Source: Desulfomicrobium sp.
Lineage (GTDB): Bacteria; Desulfobacterota; Desulfovibrionia; Desulfovibrionales; Desulfomicrobiaceae
Reading direction: 5' to 3'
Assembly: GCA_040768745.1 (NCBI GenBank)
Contig: JAXGMI010000002.1
Span: 1 to 64,000, forward strand
Length of the DNA stretch: 64,000 nucleotides
This document shows positions 27,625 to 39,216 of the stretch, piece after piece; the first letter of the stretch is position 1; each line of letters starts with the position of its first letter. Below the pieces are notes generated by a model. That model was not told where the DNA came from. It saw nothing but the letters and a program-made list of their open reading frames with translations, and ran no database searches. A program made the position numbers and the translations under genes.

Positions 27625-28520
27625 CAGGTACGCTCCTCGCAGTCGATGCCGCACTGTCCCGAGCAGCCATTTTCCGAAGTGCCGTCGTCGATGGCTTCTC
27701 CCTGGAACCGGACCACCAGATCCAGTCCGCTCTTGAGTCCCAGATGGATGGTTCCGTCCGCCTCGATCAGCCCGCCGTGGCCGGACTGGCCGCACTGGAA
27801 TCCCTTGGCTCCGCCGGAGAGCAGACGGACAGCGATGGTTTCGCCGATGCCCTCGATGCGGCCGATGCCGATGATGTCGATAGGTCCGGCCGGGTTGATC
27901 AGGGTGATGAACCGCTCCCGGTGATCGACGTCGAGGCGGATGCCCTCGGGCAGAACCACCGCGAAGCGTTCCGCGCCCATGGCGGTCGGCTCGATCCCGG
28001 CAGGCAGTCCGCTGATACCGGCTGCCTCCTGGGTCGAACGCAGATAGGACTCGACCAGGGTGTAAAGGCGTCCCGGGGCGACCTCGATGGCCGTGCCGGG
28101 TCCGGGGGTGATGACCTGCTGTTCCCCAGCGTCGATAACGCAGATTCGCTGGTCGTCCGTGGTCCGCAGGATCATGCCGTCGGGCAAGGTGAAGAGCCGG
28201 TTGCCATCCGGCAGATCCCTGGGTTCGGTGCCCGCAGGCAGTTCGACGAAGGGATAGAAATCGGGCTCCGGCTCGATCTGTACCTGCTCCAGGTACTCCT
28301 GGGTCCTGGCCTGCTGGGCCTCCAGATAGGCCTGGGCCTGGCCGCGCATCGCCTCCGAGGCGGCGTGACCGGCCTCCAGCAGCGTGCGGATGCCGGAAAG
28401 TTCTTCACGGATGCCGGACAGGTGATCGCAGAGCGCCCGCAAAACATACTGCTGTTCGCCGGAATCGGTTTGTTCGATGGTGGCCTGCAAGTCGGCGGGT
28501 TCTTCGGAAATCATGGACAA
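27624..28520 (-). CDS. Hypothetical phage protein
   Basis: 298 aa ORF in the operon, preceded by a strong SD. Confidence 0.55.
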   Translation of the reverse strand: MSMISEEPADLQATIEQTDSGEQQYVLRALCDHLSGIREELSGIRTLLEAGHAASEAMRGQAQAYLEAQQARTQEYLEQVQIEPEPDFYPFVELPAGTEPRDLPDGNRLFTLPDGMILRTTDDQRICVIDAGEQQVITPGPGTAIEVAPGRLYTLVESYLRSTQEAAGISGLPAGIEPTAMGAERFAVVLPEGIRLDVDHRERFITLINPAGPIDIIGIGRIEGIGETIAVRLLSGGAKGFQCGQSGHGGLIEADGTIHLGLKSGLDLVVRFQGEAIDDGTSENGCSGQCGIDCEERT

Positions 28521-28527
28521 CCTCCAT

Positions 28528-29536
28528 TACATGCCGACATTGGCGGGTTGGGATTGATAGCTCATGGCGTTGACCGGCGTCACTGTTCCGGTCGCGCCGT
28601 CGATTTCGAACACGGTCCAGACCGTGCCGGGGCGTTGGGAACGGTGAAGGTCTGCTCACGGCCATCGCTCAGGAACACTTTCACCGATGCTCCGGACTGC
28701 GCCAGGCCGGTGCTCGGATTGGCGTTGCGGTTGGTGTAGTCGTGGACCGCGTAGCGGTAGACGCCGGGGATGAGCCGATGGATGGTGATGGTCTCCGGCC
28801 CGTAGGAACTGGTGTCGTCCACGTCCAATTCCGCCGCCTCGTTTTCGATGGTGTGGGAATAGAACACATGGAAACGGCCGCCCGATGGCGTCGGTCCGGT
28901 GAGATGGGAATCGAGATCCCGGGGTTGAGGCCCCACTGCAACACGATGCGGGCGACCTGGCCGTCGAGCTCGGGCGAGAGAACGATCTGGATGTCGCCGG
29001 AGGTGTTGGGGTCGGCGTTCACCCAGCCATGCCAGGCGATGTATCCCGGCGCGGTGACCTCCACGTAATAGAACCCCTCGGGCACGGACAGCTCGAACCC
29101 GCCATAGGCGTTGGCGAAGGTCTGGTACGCCGCCGGGCCGGTTTCCGAGCGGCGGAATTCGATCAGCGCGTTGCCGACGCCGCTGGTGTTGAGGGCGTTG
29201 ACCACCGTGCCGCTGAGGAAGACCGATGCTCCGCTGGCAAAGTCCGGGTGGTCGGCGAACCAGGACGGATCGCGGACCTCCACCAGAACATGGCGGAGGC
29301 TGTCCCGGACCGAGGATCGCCAGACCATGAGCACGGCGTTGCCGATGGTCCAGCCGCAGCGAACGACACCGTCCGGCCCGATCTCCGCGACCTCCGGATT
29401 GCTGGAGGCAAAGACCGGGGCGTCCACGTCGCCGCGCAGGGAGAGCGGAACCCGTTGCTCGAACTCGCCAGCGGAGAGGCGGATGGAGCGAGGCTGAACC
29501 TCCCAGTGGCTATAGGTCTGGCGCGGTATCCGTCAT
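28528..29536 (-). CDS. Ig-like + carboxypeptidase-regulatory-like + YfaP-like domain protein (frameshifted)
   Basis: SSNPEVAEI, G.F.LSVPEG.Y.VEVTAPGY, RIVLQWG..P.DLDSHL, LDVDDTSSYGPETITI. Confidence 0.65.
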
Positions 29537-29841
29537 GAAGGAACCTCCACCGGTGCGGAGACGCCGCCGCCATAGACCTCGACCTGGACGTGACGCAGGC
29601 TGAGCCGCTCGGGCGAATCCCAGACCAGGATCATGGCCGCCCCGGGAACGAAGCCGCACTCGACATTGCCGTCCTCATCGACACTGGCCACGTCGGGATT
29701 GGACGATTCGAACACCGGCGCTTCGGGTAGACCACGGATCGAGAGCGGAATGCGCTGGACGAATGGGGATCGCGAGACCCGGATCAGCTTCGGGAAGACA
29801 TCCCAGTAGTGCGGTTCCTGCGGCTGTTCGAGATTGTTCAT
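29533..29841 (-). CDS. Small Ig-like (Big_2-type) domain protein
   Basis: FESSNPDVASVDEDGNV motif. Confidence 0.6.
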   Translation of the reverse strand: MNNLEQPQEPHYWDVFPKLIRVSRSPFVQRIPLSIRGLPEAPVFESSNPDVASVDEDGNVECGFVPGAAMILVWDSPERLSLRHVQVEVYGGGVSAPVEVPS

Positions 29842-29851
29842 GGCGTCCCCC

Positions 29852-30115
29852 TCAGTTGTCGATGGTGTCGGGACTGCCGGTGACGATGATGGCTCCGCAG
29901 GCGGTGATGTCGCCGATGCGGGCGTTGGGCAATCCTTCGGTGATGGTGTCGAAGCTGCCGGTCACGATGGGCGTCACGCCATGCCCCGGGATGGGACAGA
30001 CGTGCAGATCCCCCATGCGGGCCACCGGCATGCCGTTGTCCAGCGTCCGGCTCGCCCCGGTGATGATGACGCCGCCGTGACTGCTGATGTCGCCGAGTCG
30101 CGCCTGGGAGCTCAT
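29852..30115 (-). CDS. PAAR-domain spike tip protein
   Basis: ARLGDISSHGG, PVARMGDLHVCPIPGHG, PNARIGDITACGA. Confidence 0.9.
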   Translation of the reverse strand: MSSQARLGDISSHGGVIITGASRTLDNGMPVARMGDLHVCPIPGHGVTPIVTGSFDTITEGLPNARIGDITACGAIIVTGSPDTIDN

Positions 30116-30486
30116 GGGTTCACCTTCAGCAACAGATGGATCAGAAAGCCGACGAGTCCGCCGATGGTGCTGCCGATGGTCAACACCAGGCCGACGATCT
30201 TCCACATGGTCTCGGTCCCCATCTTGGAGCCGACCCGGGCATGCAGCCGGTCGATCTCCTCGGCGTGCCGGTGCAGATCGGAATAGATCGAGCGGACCAG
30301 CACCTCGACGTTTTCCTTGTCCGATTTCTTCTCGATTTCACGCTCGATCTTCTCGAGGCGGTCCTGGATTTCCCGGCGGTGGTTTTCGAGGATGCTGCGG
30401 AATTCCTCCCGCCAATGATCGAAGGTCCGGGCCAGCAATTCCTCGCTGGCCGAGAGTCCGGAGGGCGTTGTTGTTCTTTCTCCCAT
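30112..30486 (-). CDS. Coiled-coil protein with C-terminal TM helix (possible holin/lysis accessory)
   Basis: C-terminal hydrophobic IVGLVLTIGSTIGGLVGFLIHLLL. Confidence 0.45.
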   Translation of the reverse strand: MGERTTTPSGLSASEELLARTFDHWREEFRSILENHRREIQDRLEKIEREIEKKSDKENVEVLVRSIYSDLHRHAEEIDRLHARVGSKMGTETMWKIVGLVLTIGSTIGGLVGFLIHLLLKVNP

Positions 30487-30498
30487 GCGATGCTTCCT

Positions 30499-31547
30499 TC
30501 AGGTGTTGATCAAGACGGTGTTCGTCGAGCGAATGATGATGTTTCCGGCCACCCCATCCATGAACACGAGGCTGCCGGACTTGTCGGTGGCGCTGATGCT
30601 CTCCTGGCCGGGCGCGGCGTTCATGCGCACCACCTGACCGGCCTTGTCGGTGAGCCGGATCTGTTCGGCGGCGGCGGTGGAATCGACGAGGATTTCCTGG
30701 GTGCCGTTGAGTCCCCAGATGTGAACCTTCTCCCGACCCTTGGTGGTATCGATGAGGATCTTCTGCCAGCGGGAGCGGCCCTTGTCGCACGAGAGGATGT
30801 GGACCTTCTCCTTGTCCTGCCAGGCTTCGAGGATCACCTGCTGGCGGCAGAGGTCGGTGAGCTGGATGCGGGCGCGGGAGCCGACGATCTGCGAGGCGAT
30901 GTCGAGCTGGTCGCCTTTCTCGGCGTCCTTCGTGCCTCGCGCAGGGCGTTGCCGCTCTGCATCTCCGGCTTCACCTTCCCTTCCATGGTGAGGATCTGTC
31001 CGGCGCGGTCGATGATCCGCAGCAGCTCGTCGCCGTCGCGGTCATCGGCCAGGATGGTGTGGCCGGTTTCGGTCTTGAGCAGGACCTTCAGGCGCGGGCA
31101 GTAATACGGCGGATGGCCGTGGTACTTCTTGTGTTCGAGATCGTCGTGCCGGTTGGCCTGATGCTCGACCTTGTCCTCGCAGTCATGGCAGAAGGCATTC
31201 GCGCAGGTGCGCTTGGATTCCTCGGGCTGCTCGCCGGGATTGCTCTTGGCCAGCCAGACCCCGGTCCAGATCGGATACTGGACGACGCCGCCCTCGAACT
31301 CGGCCCAGACCGAGGCCCCTTCCTCGGGGACCAGGAACATGCCGGTGTCGTCGTTGCCGCCGTAGGGGAAACAGGGCGCGGCCCATTCGGACCAGTTCTC
31401 CCGCCCGCTGCCGAGCACGGCGGGGATTTCCAGGCGGACCCGGCCGAGGCGTTCGGGGTCGTTGTTGTCGCGCACGAAGGCCCGGTACTTGCCGTACCAG
31501 CGGTTGCGGTAGCGCTCCTCGGATTGACGGTCGCGGGTTTCAAGCAT
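30499..31547 (-). CDS. Baseplate spike protein V / gp5-VgrG-like OB-fold (frameshifted)
   Basis: YGKYRAFVRDNNDPERLGRVRLEIP...WAAPC...PEEGASVWAEFEGG...PIWTG, KTETGH. Confidence 0.85.
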
Positions 31548-31959
31548 GCTCCGCCTCCCGTTTTCGACTGGCGTCCCAGGCCAGCCAGCCGCCCAGGCGA
31601 ACCGCCCAATACATGATCTGGCGTTTCCACAGAGGCACGCCCAGGGCCGCCATCAGTTCGAGAAAGACGCGGTCGGCAGCAAGCCGCGAGACCTTGCCGG
31701 TGTGGTAGAGGTAGTCGTGAACGACGGCCGCCGGGGAATATCGTCCCCAGGGCGGCACCACGCGCCAGAACAGGCGCGGCACCGAGGCGAAGTCGGTCTC
31801 GAACCCGGCGGGCACTTCGATGATGCGGCCAGCGCCGGTGCGGACACGGAACGGCTGGGTCAGCCTCGCGGTCATTCCATTGGGCAGGATCTCCACCCGA
31901 AGCGGCCCGGAGAGACCCAGCGCGGTGCCGGAAAACAGGGTCTTGGTTTCGGCGCTCAT
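31540..31959 (-). CDS. DUF1353 family protein
   Basis: VPAGFETDFASVPR...AAVVHDYLY...ADRVF...AVRLGG. Confidence 0.85.
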   Translation of the reverse strand: MSAETKTLFSGTALGLSGPLRVEILPNGMTARLTQPFRVRTGAGRIIEVPAGFETDFASVPRLFWRVVPPWGRYSPAAVVHDYLYHTGKVSRLAADRVFLELMAALGVPLWKRQIMYWAVRLGGWLAWDASRKREAEHA

Positions 31960-32330
31960 GACCGCCACCTCGCCTTGCCCGACTGGCGCACATCGAGATG
32001 GACCCAGGAGGCATAGACGCCGATGCCGCCCTCGCGGAAGAGCGGGATCTCCTCGGCGATGACCGCCAGTTCCTCGGGCGAAACGCCTGCGGGACAGCTC
32101 ACGTCGGCCGCCATGCCCAGCGTGTGGAAACTCTGCTCCGCGCCGCCCACCGCCTTGTTGTGCCGGTTGCAGCGAAAGCCGCTGGTGATGGACAGCGGTT
32201 TGCCGATGCGGTCGCGCAACGCCTGCAGGGCGTCGACCAGGTCGGGATGGACCGCAGCCGAATGGCCGCAGCAGTTCTTGCCCTTGCAGGCGAATTCCGA
32301 ACGGTTGAAATTCTTGCTGAGATCACCCAT
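31956..32330 (-). CDS. Peptidase M15A (endolysin-like, D-Ala-D-Ala/L-Ala-D-Glu peptidase fold)
   Basis: NFNRSEFAC, ITSGFRC..HN..VGG...SFH..GMAAD, WVHLDVR. Confidence 0.85.
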   Translation of the reverse strand: MGDLSKNFNRSEFACKGKNCCGHSAAVHPDLVDALQALRDRIGKPLSITSGFRCNRHNKAVGGAEQSFHTLGMAADVSCPAGVSPEELAVIAEEIPLFREGGIGVYASWVHLDVRQSGKARWRS

Positions 32331-33607
32331 TGCCGCCTCCTTGTGTGACCGCGCCGGAATCCGCGTCGATGGTCACCATGGCTGGCGGCTCGTTTTGCGG
32401 CGTGGGCGGGGCCTCCTTGTCGTTGGGTTTGCCCTGGGACTCGGCGGACTTGTCGCCCGCGCCCTTGCCGAGGGCGTTCTTCTTGAGTTTGAGTTCGCAG
32501 AGATAGCCAGCGCCGCTGATGCTGTGGCGCACCGAGTGGCAGTAGTAGATGCCGGAAAACTTCCGTCCCACGCCCTTGATCTCGACGTTCTTCTTGGCGC
32601 GTAGCTGGGGAATGCCGATGGTGGCGGCGTCCGCCTCGACCTGGCGCAGCTCGGCCTCGCGGAATTTGCCTTCGGCGCTGTCCTGGGCGGGCTCCTGGCG
32701 CGGCTCTTCGTGAAAGCCTTCGGAACGGTCGAAGCTGGGCACGATCTGCCCCGTCTCCTGTTCCTTGAAGCTGCCTTCGCCGGTGTTGCCGTCGACCAGA
32801 TAGGTCTGCTTGCCCAGGGCCGTCCGCTCGGGCGTGGTGGCGTTGTTGGCCTTGTGCTCGACCACGTCCTTCTTGCGCGGGTCGACGCCGACCGTCTTGG
32901 TCTCGACACCCGCGCCCTTGGCTCCCTGGGGATTGGGTGCTGGGGCGGAACGAGCGCAACAGGCCCTTGGTGTCGGTGAAATATTCGAGGGTCAGAAGCG
33001 GCGTCTGGTCGAGCTCGCGGGGATGGAAATGGAGTTCGTCGTCCTGGACGTAGAAGACATAGCCGCTCACACCGTCGCCATCGCGGTCGCGGGCCTTTTC
33101 CGCCATCTCCTTGAGGAACTGGGCGTCCGAGATGTTGCTCTGAGTGACGCGGAGATGGTTGCCTTTGGTGGCCGTAACCACCGGCGTGAGGCCGTTGGCG
33201 GCGGCGATCTGCTCGGCGATTTCCGAATAGAGGATGCCGGGAGCGGGTTTCTGCCAGACCTTTTGGTTTTCCTTGCCCGCGAGTTTGAAGCCCTTGTCGT
33301 AGGCCTTGATGCGGATGGTCGGGTCGCCGTTTTCCGGAAAATCGTAATCGATGTCCTTGATGACCGCCTTCTTACGCGGAGAGAGGTTCCCCACGTAGCC
33401 GAAGCGGGCCACGATCTCATTACCTTCCTGGAACAGAGGATCATCGACGAACTGCAGGTTGCGGTCGGTCACCGACAGTTCGAGGATATCCAGCTCCTCC
33501 TCGTTGTCGGTGAAGACGAACGAGGTGATCTCCTGGGTGATGTCCTTCGAGAGGGCTTGCCCCTCGATCTGAATCAGAAATGTCGGCTTGAAGGTATCCA
33601 GATCCAT
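32323..33607 (-). CDS. Late control D / gp27-like baseplate hub (frameshift near 32930)
   Basis: ITSFVFTDNEE, FGYVG, SDAQFL..MA, GIPQLRA...IKGVGRKFSGIYY...VRH. Confidence 0.8.
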
Positions 33608-33637
33608 GCGTCTCTCCGGCGGTTCGCAGTTCCCTGC

Positions 33638-33669
33638 TTACTTACCGGAAGGCATGGCGAGGTGTCGGA
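33638..33669 (-). promoter_or_regulatory. Late-promoter-like motif copy
   Basis: ttacttaccgga-N13-tgtcgga, 30 bp upstream of ATG 33607. Confidence 0.7.
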
Positions 33670-33673
33670 AACC

Positions 33674-33964
33674 TCAGTCGAGCAGGCGCATTTGAACATG
33701 TTCGCGGGAGGGAATGCGCAGCGCCAGGCCCGGCTCGAGTTCCAGCGGAAAGAAGATGTCGTTGTAGTCGCAGATGATCCACCAGAGCCGGACATCGCCC
33801 AGATAGCGGTGCGCGAGCAGATCCAGGCGGTCGCCTTCGACCACGGTGTGCAGGCGGTCGTCGTATCTGGGGGTGGTGTCGATGCGCTGGCGCATGCCGA
33901 GGGAGGTGCCGTCGCTGTCTCGGTAGAGAATGCTGCGGGCGTAGCGGGAATCACGGCCGATCAT
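33674..33964 (-). CDS. LysM / tail X-like baseplate protein
   Basis: HTVVEGDRLDLLAHRYLGDVRLWWIICDYN...LRIP. Confidence 0.8.
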   Translation of the reverse strand: MIGRDSRYARSILYRDSDGTSLGMRQRIDTTPRYDDRLHTVVEGDRLDLLAHRYLGDVRLWWIICDYNDIFFPLELEPGLALRIPSREHVQMRLLD

Positions 33965-34429
33965 GAGCGCACCTCCGACCAGTTGATGGAACGGTCCACG
34001 TATTCCTCGAGGACAATATCCACCTCGGCCCGTTGCGGCAGCAGGTTGTCCCGGTCGAACAGGCCGAAGAAACGCGCCTTCACCTGCCGGACGATGCAGG
34101 TCACGCCGGGTAGAGATCGCCGAAATGAGCAGCACGCGGTGCGGCGCGTTCTTGAGCATGGTTCCGGCGTGTTCCGGATATTGCAGCGAGCGGAGCCAGT
34201 CGACCTTCTGTTTGACCGGCCCCTTGAACAGCTCGACCTTGAAGGCGATCCGGCGCGGTTCCCCGGCGACGTACTGGTAGCGCGGGTGGCTCATGCCGGG
34301 GATCTTGATCGTCGCGTAGTCGGTCGACTTCTCGTCGCTGATGGAGTTGGGGTTGTACTGGAATTCGAGCCGCTCCCCCGTGTCGGCGTCCACCAGATAT
34401 CCCTTGATGGGCTGTTGATCCCAGGCCAT
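33961..34429 (-). CDS. Tail tube initiator (CIS-tube-like) protein
   Basis: EFQYNPNSISDEKSTDYATIKIPGMSHPRYQYVAG. A frameshift fuses it to the LysM gene in the ORF track. Confidence 0.7.
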
Positions 34430-34432
34430 TGC

Positions 34433-34744
34433 TTACACCTCGGCGATCTCGAGGATCGGCTTGCCCAGTTGTCCGGCCCGGTCGAGTTCCCGCCGCATGC
34501 CGCTGGAAATGCCGTTGCCGGTGAACGCCCACACCTCGTCGCAACATTCCATGTAGGCCAGGCCGCAGGCGATGCCCGTCTCCCGCTGCTCGGGAACGCT
34601 GTCATCGGTGAAGGTCGGATACAGCAGATGCGGCGCGAACGGCGCGTGACCGCTTCTCATGACCTGGCGGCAAAGCGCCTCGGCGACCTTCACGTTTCGG
34701 GCTATGTCGCCCGCGAACGGGCTGCAGACAAAGATGCGTTTCAT
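34433..34744 (-). CDS. DUF4406-like / nucleoside deoxyribosyltransferase-fold protein
   Basis: IFVCSPFAGD...APHLLY...CDEVWAF...ISSGMRRE. Confidence 0.7.
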   Translation of the reverse strand: MKRIFVCSPFAGDIARNVKVAEALCRQVMRSGHAPFAPHLLYPTFTDDSVPEQRETGIACGLAYMECCDEVWAFTGNGISSGMRRELDRAGQLGKPILEIAEV

Positions 34745-34752
34745 CGGTCCTC

Positions 34753-37700
34753 TCAAAGGGTTTCGTAGTTTCTGATCTTCCGCTCCCGAAGATCCTTGTA
34801 GACGGCCTCGGCCACCTTCCGGCCATCGATGTTGGTGGTCACGCTCAGTTCCACCGGGCGGTCGGCCAGGCCATCGAGGCGCGAGAGCAGCGATTCCAGC
34901 AGTTCGCGCAGCCCCGGACCGGCTTCCTCTCCGCGCATGGGTGTCGCGGGAGCGGTGCGGGCCGGAGCGATCAACCGTTCGGAAGGCACCGTCTCGGCGA
35001 GTCCGATTGCAGGGGCTTCGCTATCGGAGTCGGCGCGGCCGTCTTGGGCCGCTCGATCCCGGCCGGAGCCAGAGAGGCATCTCCGTTTTCCAGTGCCGGT
35101 TCCACCGCGAACGGCTGGATATAGCTCTTACTTACCGGCTCGACGGCCGCCGCGACGGTCTGCACGTGCCGTTCATCGGTTGCGGAGGCGGCGCGGCCGT
35201 GGCCATGACCGGCTGGAGCATCAGCATGGCGCTCAGGGCCTTGGGCACCAGGCGCTCGTCCAGACGCGGCACGAGACTCAGCACGCTTTCGATGATGCGT
35301 TGCCCAATCGATTCGGCGGGCGGCGCGGTCCGAGCGGTTGCTTCTGCTCGGCCACCTGCGGAATCGGGGTCTGGACTCCCAGCATGGCGCGAGCGGAGGA
35401 GAGCAAACCGTTGGCGATCCCGGCGCTGCGATCCTTGATCGCCTGAATGCCCGCGCTCGCGCCGCTGGAAAGCCTCTGCCAGAGGGATTGCCCCTCGGCA
35501 CCGGCGTTGGCAAAGATTCGACCGACAGCCCCGGGGACGGCCGACAGCGTGGCAACGATCCGGTCGCGGACATTGACGGCTCCCGTGGCCAGCGCGTCCC
35601 AGGCATTGACCTGGGGCGGCTTGAGCGCCAGCTCGGGCGTGTCGCCAAACAGGGATTGTTTGAGACCGCCGAAGATGGCACCGGCCTTGGCCGCGACGGT
35701 TTGAGCCCCGGAGGTCAACCCATCCCAGAGTTTTCCAGCCATCCGGAAGGGAGCCGAGGCGGCGTCCATGAGGTTTCCGCCCGCCGTCTTGATCTGCTGC
35801 CAGGCTCCCGCAGCGGCCGAGAGAATCCCGCGAGCGGCGAAGCCGAACACTTTCGCGGGCAGCGACTGGGTAAGGCTCATGCCGTCGGCGAGGGTCTTGA
35901 GCAGCGCGGAGCCGGAGGCGGTCAGGCTGGCGAGTGGTCCCTCGCGGGCATCGGAGAACGGCAGCAGATTGCGCAGCTTGCCCAGGGCGTTCTTGAGCAT
36001 GGTGAAGGGATAGGTCACCGCCGACCAGATCCCTTCGCCCAGGGTGATCAGCAGCTTCTTGCCCGCCTCGAAAAGGTGGTGTCCCCGGCGAAGAAGGAGC
36101 GCACGGTGGCAAACAGATCCCGCAGGGTGCTGATGATCGGCAGATTCAGAATCGCCTGGCCGATCTGTCCGGCGGCGTCGGCCACCAGGCGTCCGATGGA
36201 GGTGAAGATCCCGGAAATGAAATTCCAGACACCGACCACCACATCCCGCGCCCAGCGGAACGGGGTGGCAAGAAAATCGTAGACCGCGCCGCCGATGGCC
36301 TTGAGACCGTCCAGCAGGGAGATGTCGCCGGTCAGCACCTGCCAGACCGCATAGACGATCTTCCCGGCGGCCACGAAGGCCTCGCCGATCATGCGCACGG
36401 GCAACAGGAACTTGTAGATGAACTTGGCCGCTCCGACCAGGGACCCGACGATGACCTTGCCGACCCAGACCACGCTGCGCACCACCACCGCCAGGGCTCG
36501 GACGATGAGCGACAGGTTCCAGGCCACGATCTTCAGCGCGAATGCCAGCCCCTGCAGAAGCACACCGGCGACGGTGCCGATAACCGTGCCGAAGGTGCGC
36601 CAGGACGACCCATCGGTGGCGCTGGCGGCCACGCCGAAGATCTCCACCACCGAAAAGACCGCGCTGGCCAGCGCCGCATAGGCGCTCATCAGGGTGCGGA
36701 CGGTCGGTTCGAGGATGGCGCGGATGCGGCCAAAGGCATGGGAAAACGCGCCCCACAATCCGGCCAGGGCCTCACGAACGCGGTAATAGGCCTTGAAGAC
36801 GGTGACCACGAAGCCCAGCAGTCCGGCGGATTCGAGCTTCTGGGCCAGTTCGGCCGACATCTGCCCGACGCCGCCGCTGAGCGAGCCCACCAGCTCTCTG
36901 ATCCCCCGGAAGACCAGCGAGACCTTGTTCCAGGCCCCGGTGATGACTCCTGGATGCCGCCGAAGTTGGTTTCCCAGGCGCGTTTGAGCAGATACACCGA
37001 GAGGATCACGCCCGCGATGATCGCGGTGACGGGCAGAAAATAGGTCGCGACCGCCGAACCCACCCCGGCGAGCGCGGCGCTGATGGCCACGAACCCGGCC
37101 TTGATGGCGGGAAGCATGAGTCCCACCATGCCCACGGCGGCGGTGACGGCTCCGGCCACGACCAGAATGGTGCCGAGGGCCATGGACAGTCCCAGGACCA
37201 CCCGGGTCACGCCCGGCATCGATTTGGCCATGCGTTGCAGGAACAGAATGAAGCGGGAGACGCCGTTGATCACCGGCGTGACCACCGGCAGCAGAGTGCG
37301 ACCCAGGATTTCGCTGAGGTTGGCCATCTGCTGGCGCAGGAGCAGGAACCGGGCTCCGATGTCCTGGTTCATGGCGTCGGCCATCTGTTCGGTGACCGCC
37401 GTGCCGGTCTTCATGGCCCGGCCCACCGACTGGATATTGCCTTCGAGGCTCTCCATGCCCGCCGACATCTGCAGCAGGAACTTGACCGCCTCGTCGGAGC
37501 CGAAGGCCTTCTTCAGCTTCACCTGGGCGGCGGCGTTGGAGAGATCGGGGAACTGGCGCTTGATCTCCTGCAGGATGGGAACCACGCCCTTGAGACGGCC
37601 GCTGGTGTCGGTGAAGGACAGGCCAAGCTCGTCACCGGCCTCGGCCGCCTTCATGATGAACGCCTTGTACAGCGTGCCCGCCTCGGAGCCGGGCATGGTG

Positions 37701-38382
37701 GTCTGGAGCTGGCCGAGCACGGCGAGCTGCTCGTTCAGCGGAATGTTGCTCGCGGCCGCCACCGCGCCGATGTTCTTGATGGCGTCGGCCATCTGGGTGC
37801 CGTTGGTCTTGAACGAGGCCACGGTCTGCGCCATGGCTCCGGAAAAGGCGGTCGCCCATTCCATGTCGTTCATGTCGGCCATGATGGGCTTGAAGATCCC
37901 GTAGGCCGTGGTGAAGGTGCCGACCATCTCCTGGGTGGTGGCCTTGGTCGCCTTGGCGGTCATGGCGGCCATGGAGGTGAAGACGCCCACCGCCTCGTCG
38001 CTGAGGTTGGACAGGGCCGATTTCACGTCGTAGGTGGCGGTGATGAACGCGGCCTTGTCGGCACCGGACCACTGGTTGGTGAAGGATTCTGCGGCGTCCT
38101 CGATGGCCCGGAGGTCCTGCACGCCGAGGGACGCCAGCTCGCCCAGGGCTTCTGGGTCGCGGCGGTGGAGGCGACCAGGGCGGCGGGCACCGCCATCAGG
38201 GCCAGTCCCGCCCCCAGCATCATGGTGCCTTGCTGGATGCGGTCCAGGTTGCGGGTCATCCGCTCGCTGGCATCCGCCACGGTGGAATCGAGGTCCATCA
38301 TGGAGCCACGGATGCGCTGCGCGTTCTGCGAGAACGCATCCTTCATCGATACCACTATGCCCAGTCCGAGATCGCCGTTCAT
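34753..38382 (-). CDS. Tail tape measure protein (multiple frameshifts)
   Basis: MNGDLGLGIVVSMKDAFS, GSEAGT, AWETNFGG, LPFSDAREGPL, C-terminal IDGRKVAEAV. Ala/Gly-rich and follows the chaperone. Confidence 0.85.
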
Positions 38383-39201
38383 CTATCGCCGTTCCGTTTG
38401 CTCACGTTCAAAATCAAGCTGCCGCTCGAGGGCCTCGACGAACTGACGCCGGACCCTGAGCGGCAGCGAGCGGGTTTCCGACCAGCCCCAGTGCAGTCCG
38501 CCGTAAGCGAGAAAGAATGCGTCGCTTACAAGCGAACTCCGGGGAACAAAAAAGCCGGTTCGGCCTCCAGACGGGTGCGGATCTTGGTGCCGCAGCCATC
38601 GCATTCGGTCTCGACCGAGGTGTCGATTCCCGCGTCGACCCGCGACATCTCCTGCCGCAGCGCGTTGCGGTCGCGCATCGACATTTCCGCCAGGCTCTTC
38701 TTGGAGGGGCCTTGCCGTCGATGTCGAGGATGCGGATGAGCATGGCCGAGCTGATGTTGGGCTCGCGCAGGCTGGCCAGGCGCTTTTCCTTGTGGCCGTC
38801 GAGATATCCGAAGCGCACGGTTTTCTTCGAGCCGGGCAGCTTGAAGGCGAACTCCGCTCCTCGCCGTAGGGGGTGACCTTGAGATCCTCGAGATTGATGG
38901 TCACGAAGTTGGTCATGCGGCAGGCGCTGTTCGGGCAGCTCAGCTCCAGCTCCACCTCGTCGCCGAGGGAAATCTGGCGCAGGCGGACCAGGGCGAACAG
39001 CCGGTCACCCGAGAGCAGGTTCATCACCTCGGAAAGATCGGGATCGGTCTTCTCGCCCAGCCGGACGAAACAGTTGCGGAGCACCTGGTTGATCGCCTCT
39101 CCGGAGCGGATCAGGCGCTGGTTGGTGAGCAGTTCTTCCTCGGCCCCGGTCATTTCCCGGAGCTCGAGTTCAGTGCCGCTTGGCAGTTCAAAGCTGTACA
39201 T
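38383..39201 (-). CDS. Tail assembly chaperone (stop 38526) with -1 frameshift extension to 38383
   Basis: Located between tube and tape measure. FELPSG...LREMTGAEEE, LLSGDR, CxxC. Slippery TTTTTTG at 38547-38553. Confidence 0.75.
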   Translation of the reverse strand: MYSFELPSGTELELREMTGAEEELLTNQRLIRSGEAINQVLRNCFVRLGEKTDPDLSEVMNLLSGDRLFALVRLRQISLGDEVELELSCPNSACRMTNFVTINLEDLKVTPYGEERSSPSSCPARRKPCASDISTATRKSAWPACASPTSARPCSSASSTSTARPLQEEPGGNVDARPQRAAAGDVAGRRGNRHLGRDRMRWLRHQDPHPSGGRTGFFVPRSSLVSDAFFLAYGGLHWGWSETRSLPLRVRRQFVEALERQLDFEREQTERR

Positions 39202-39216
39202 GGTCGATCCTCCGGT

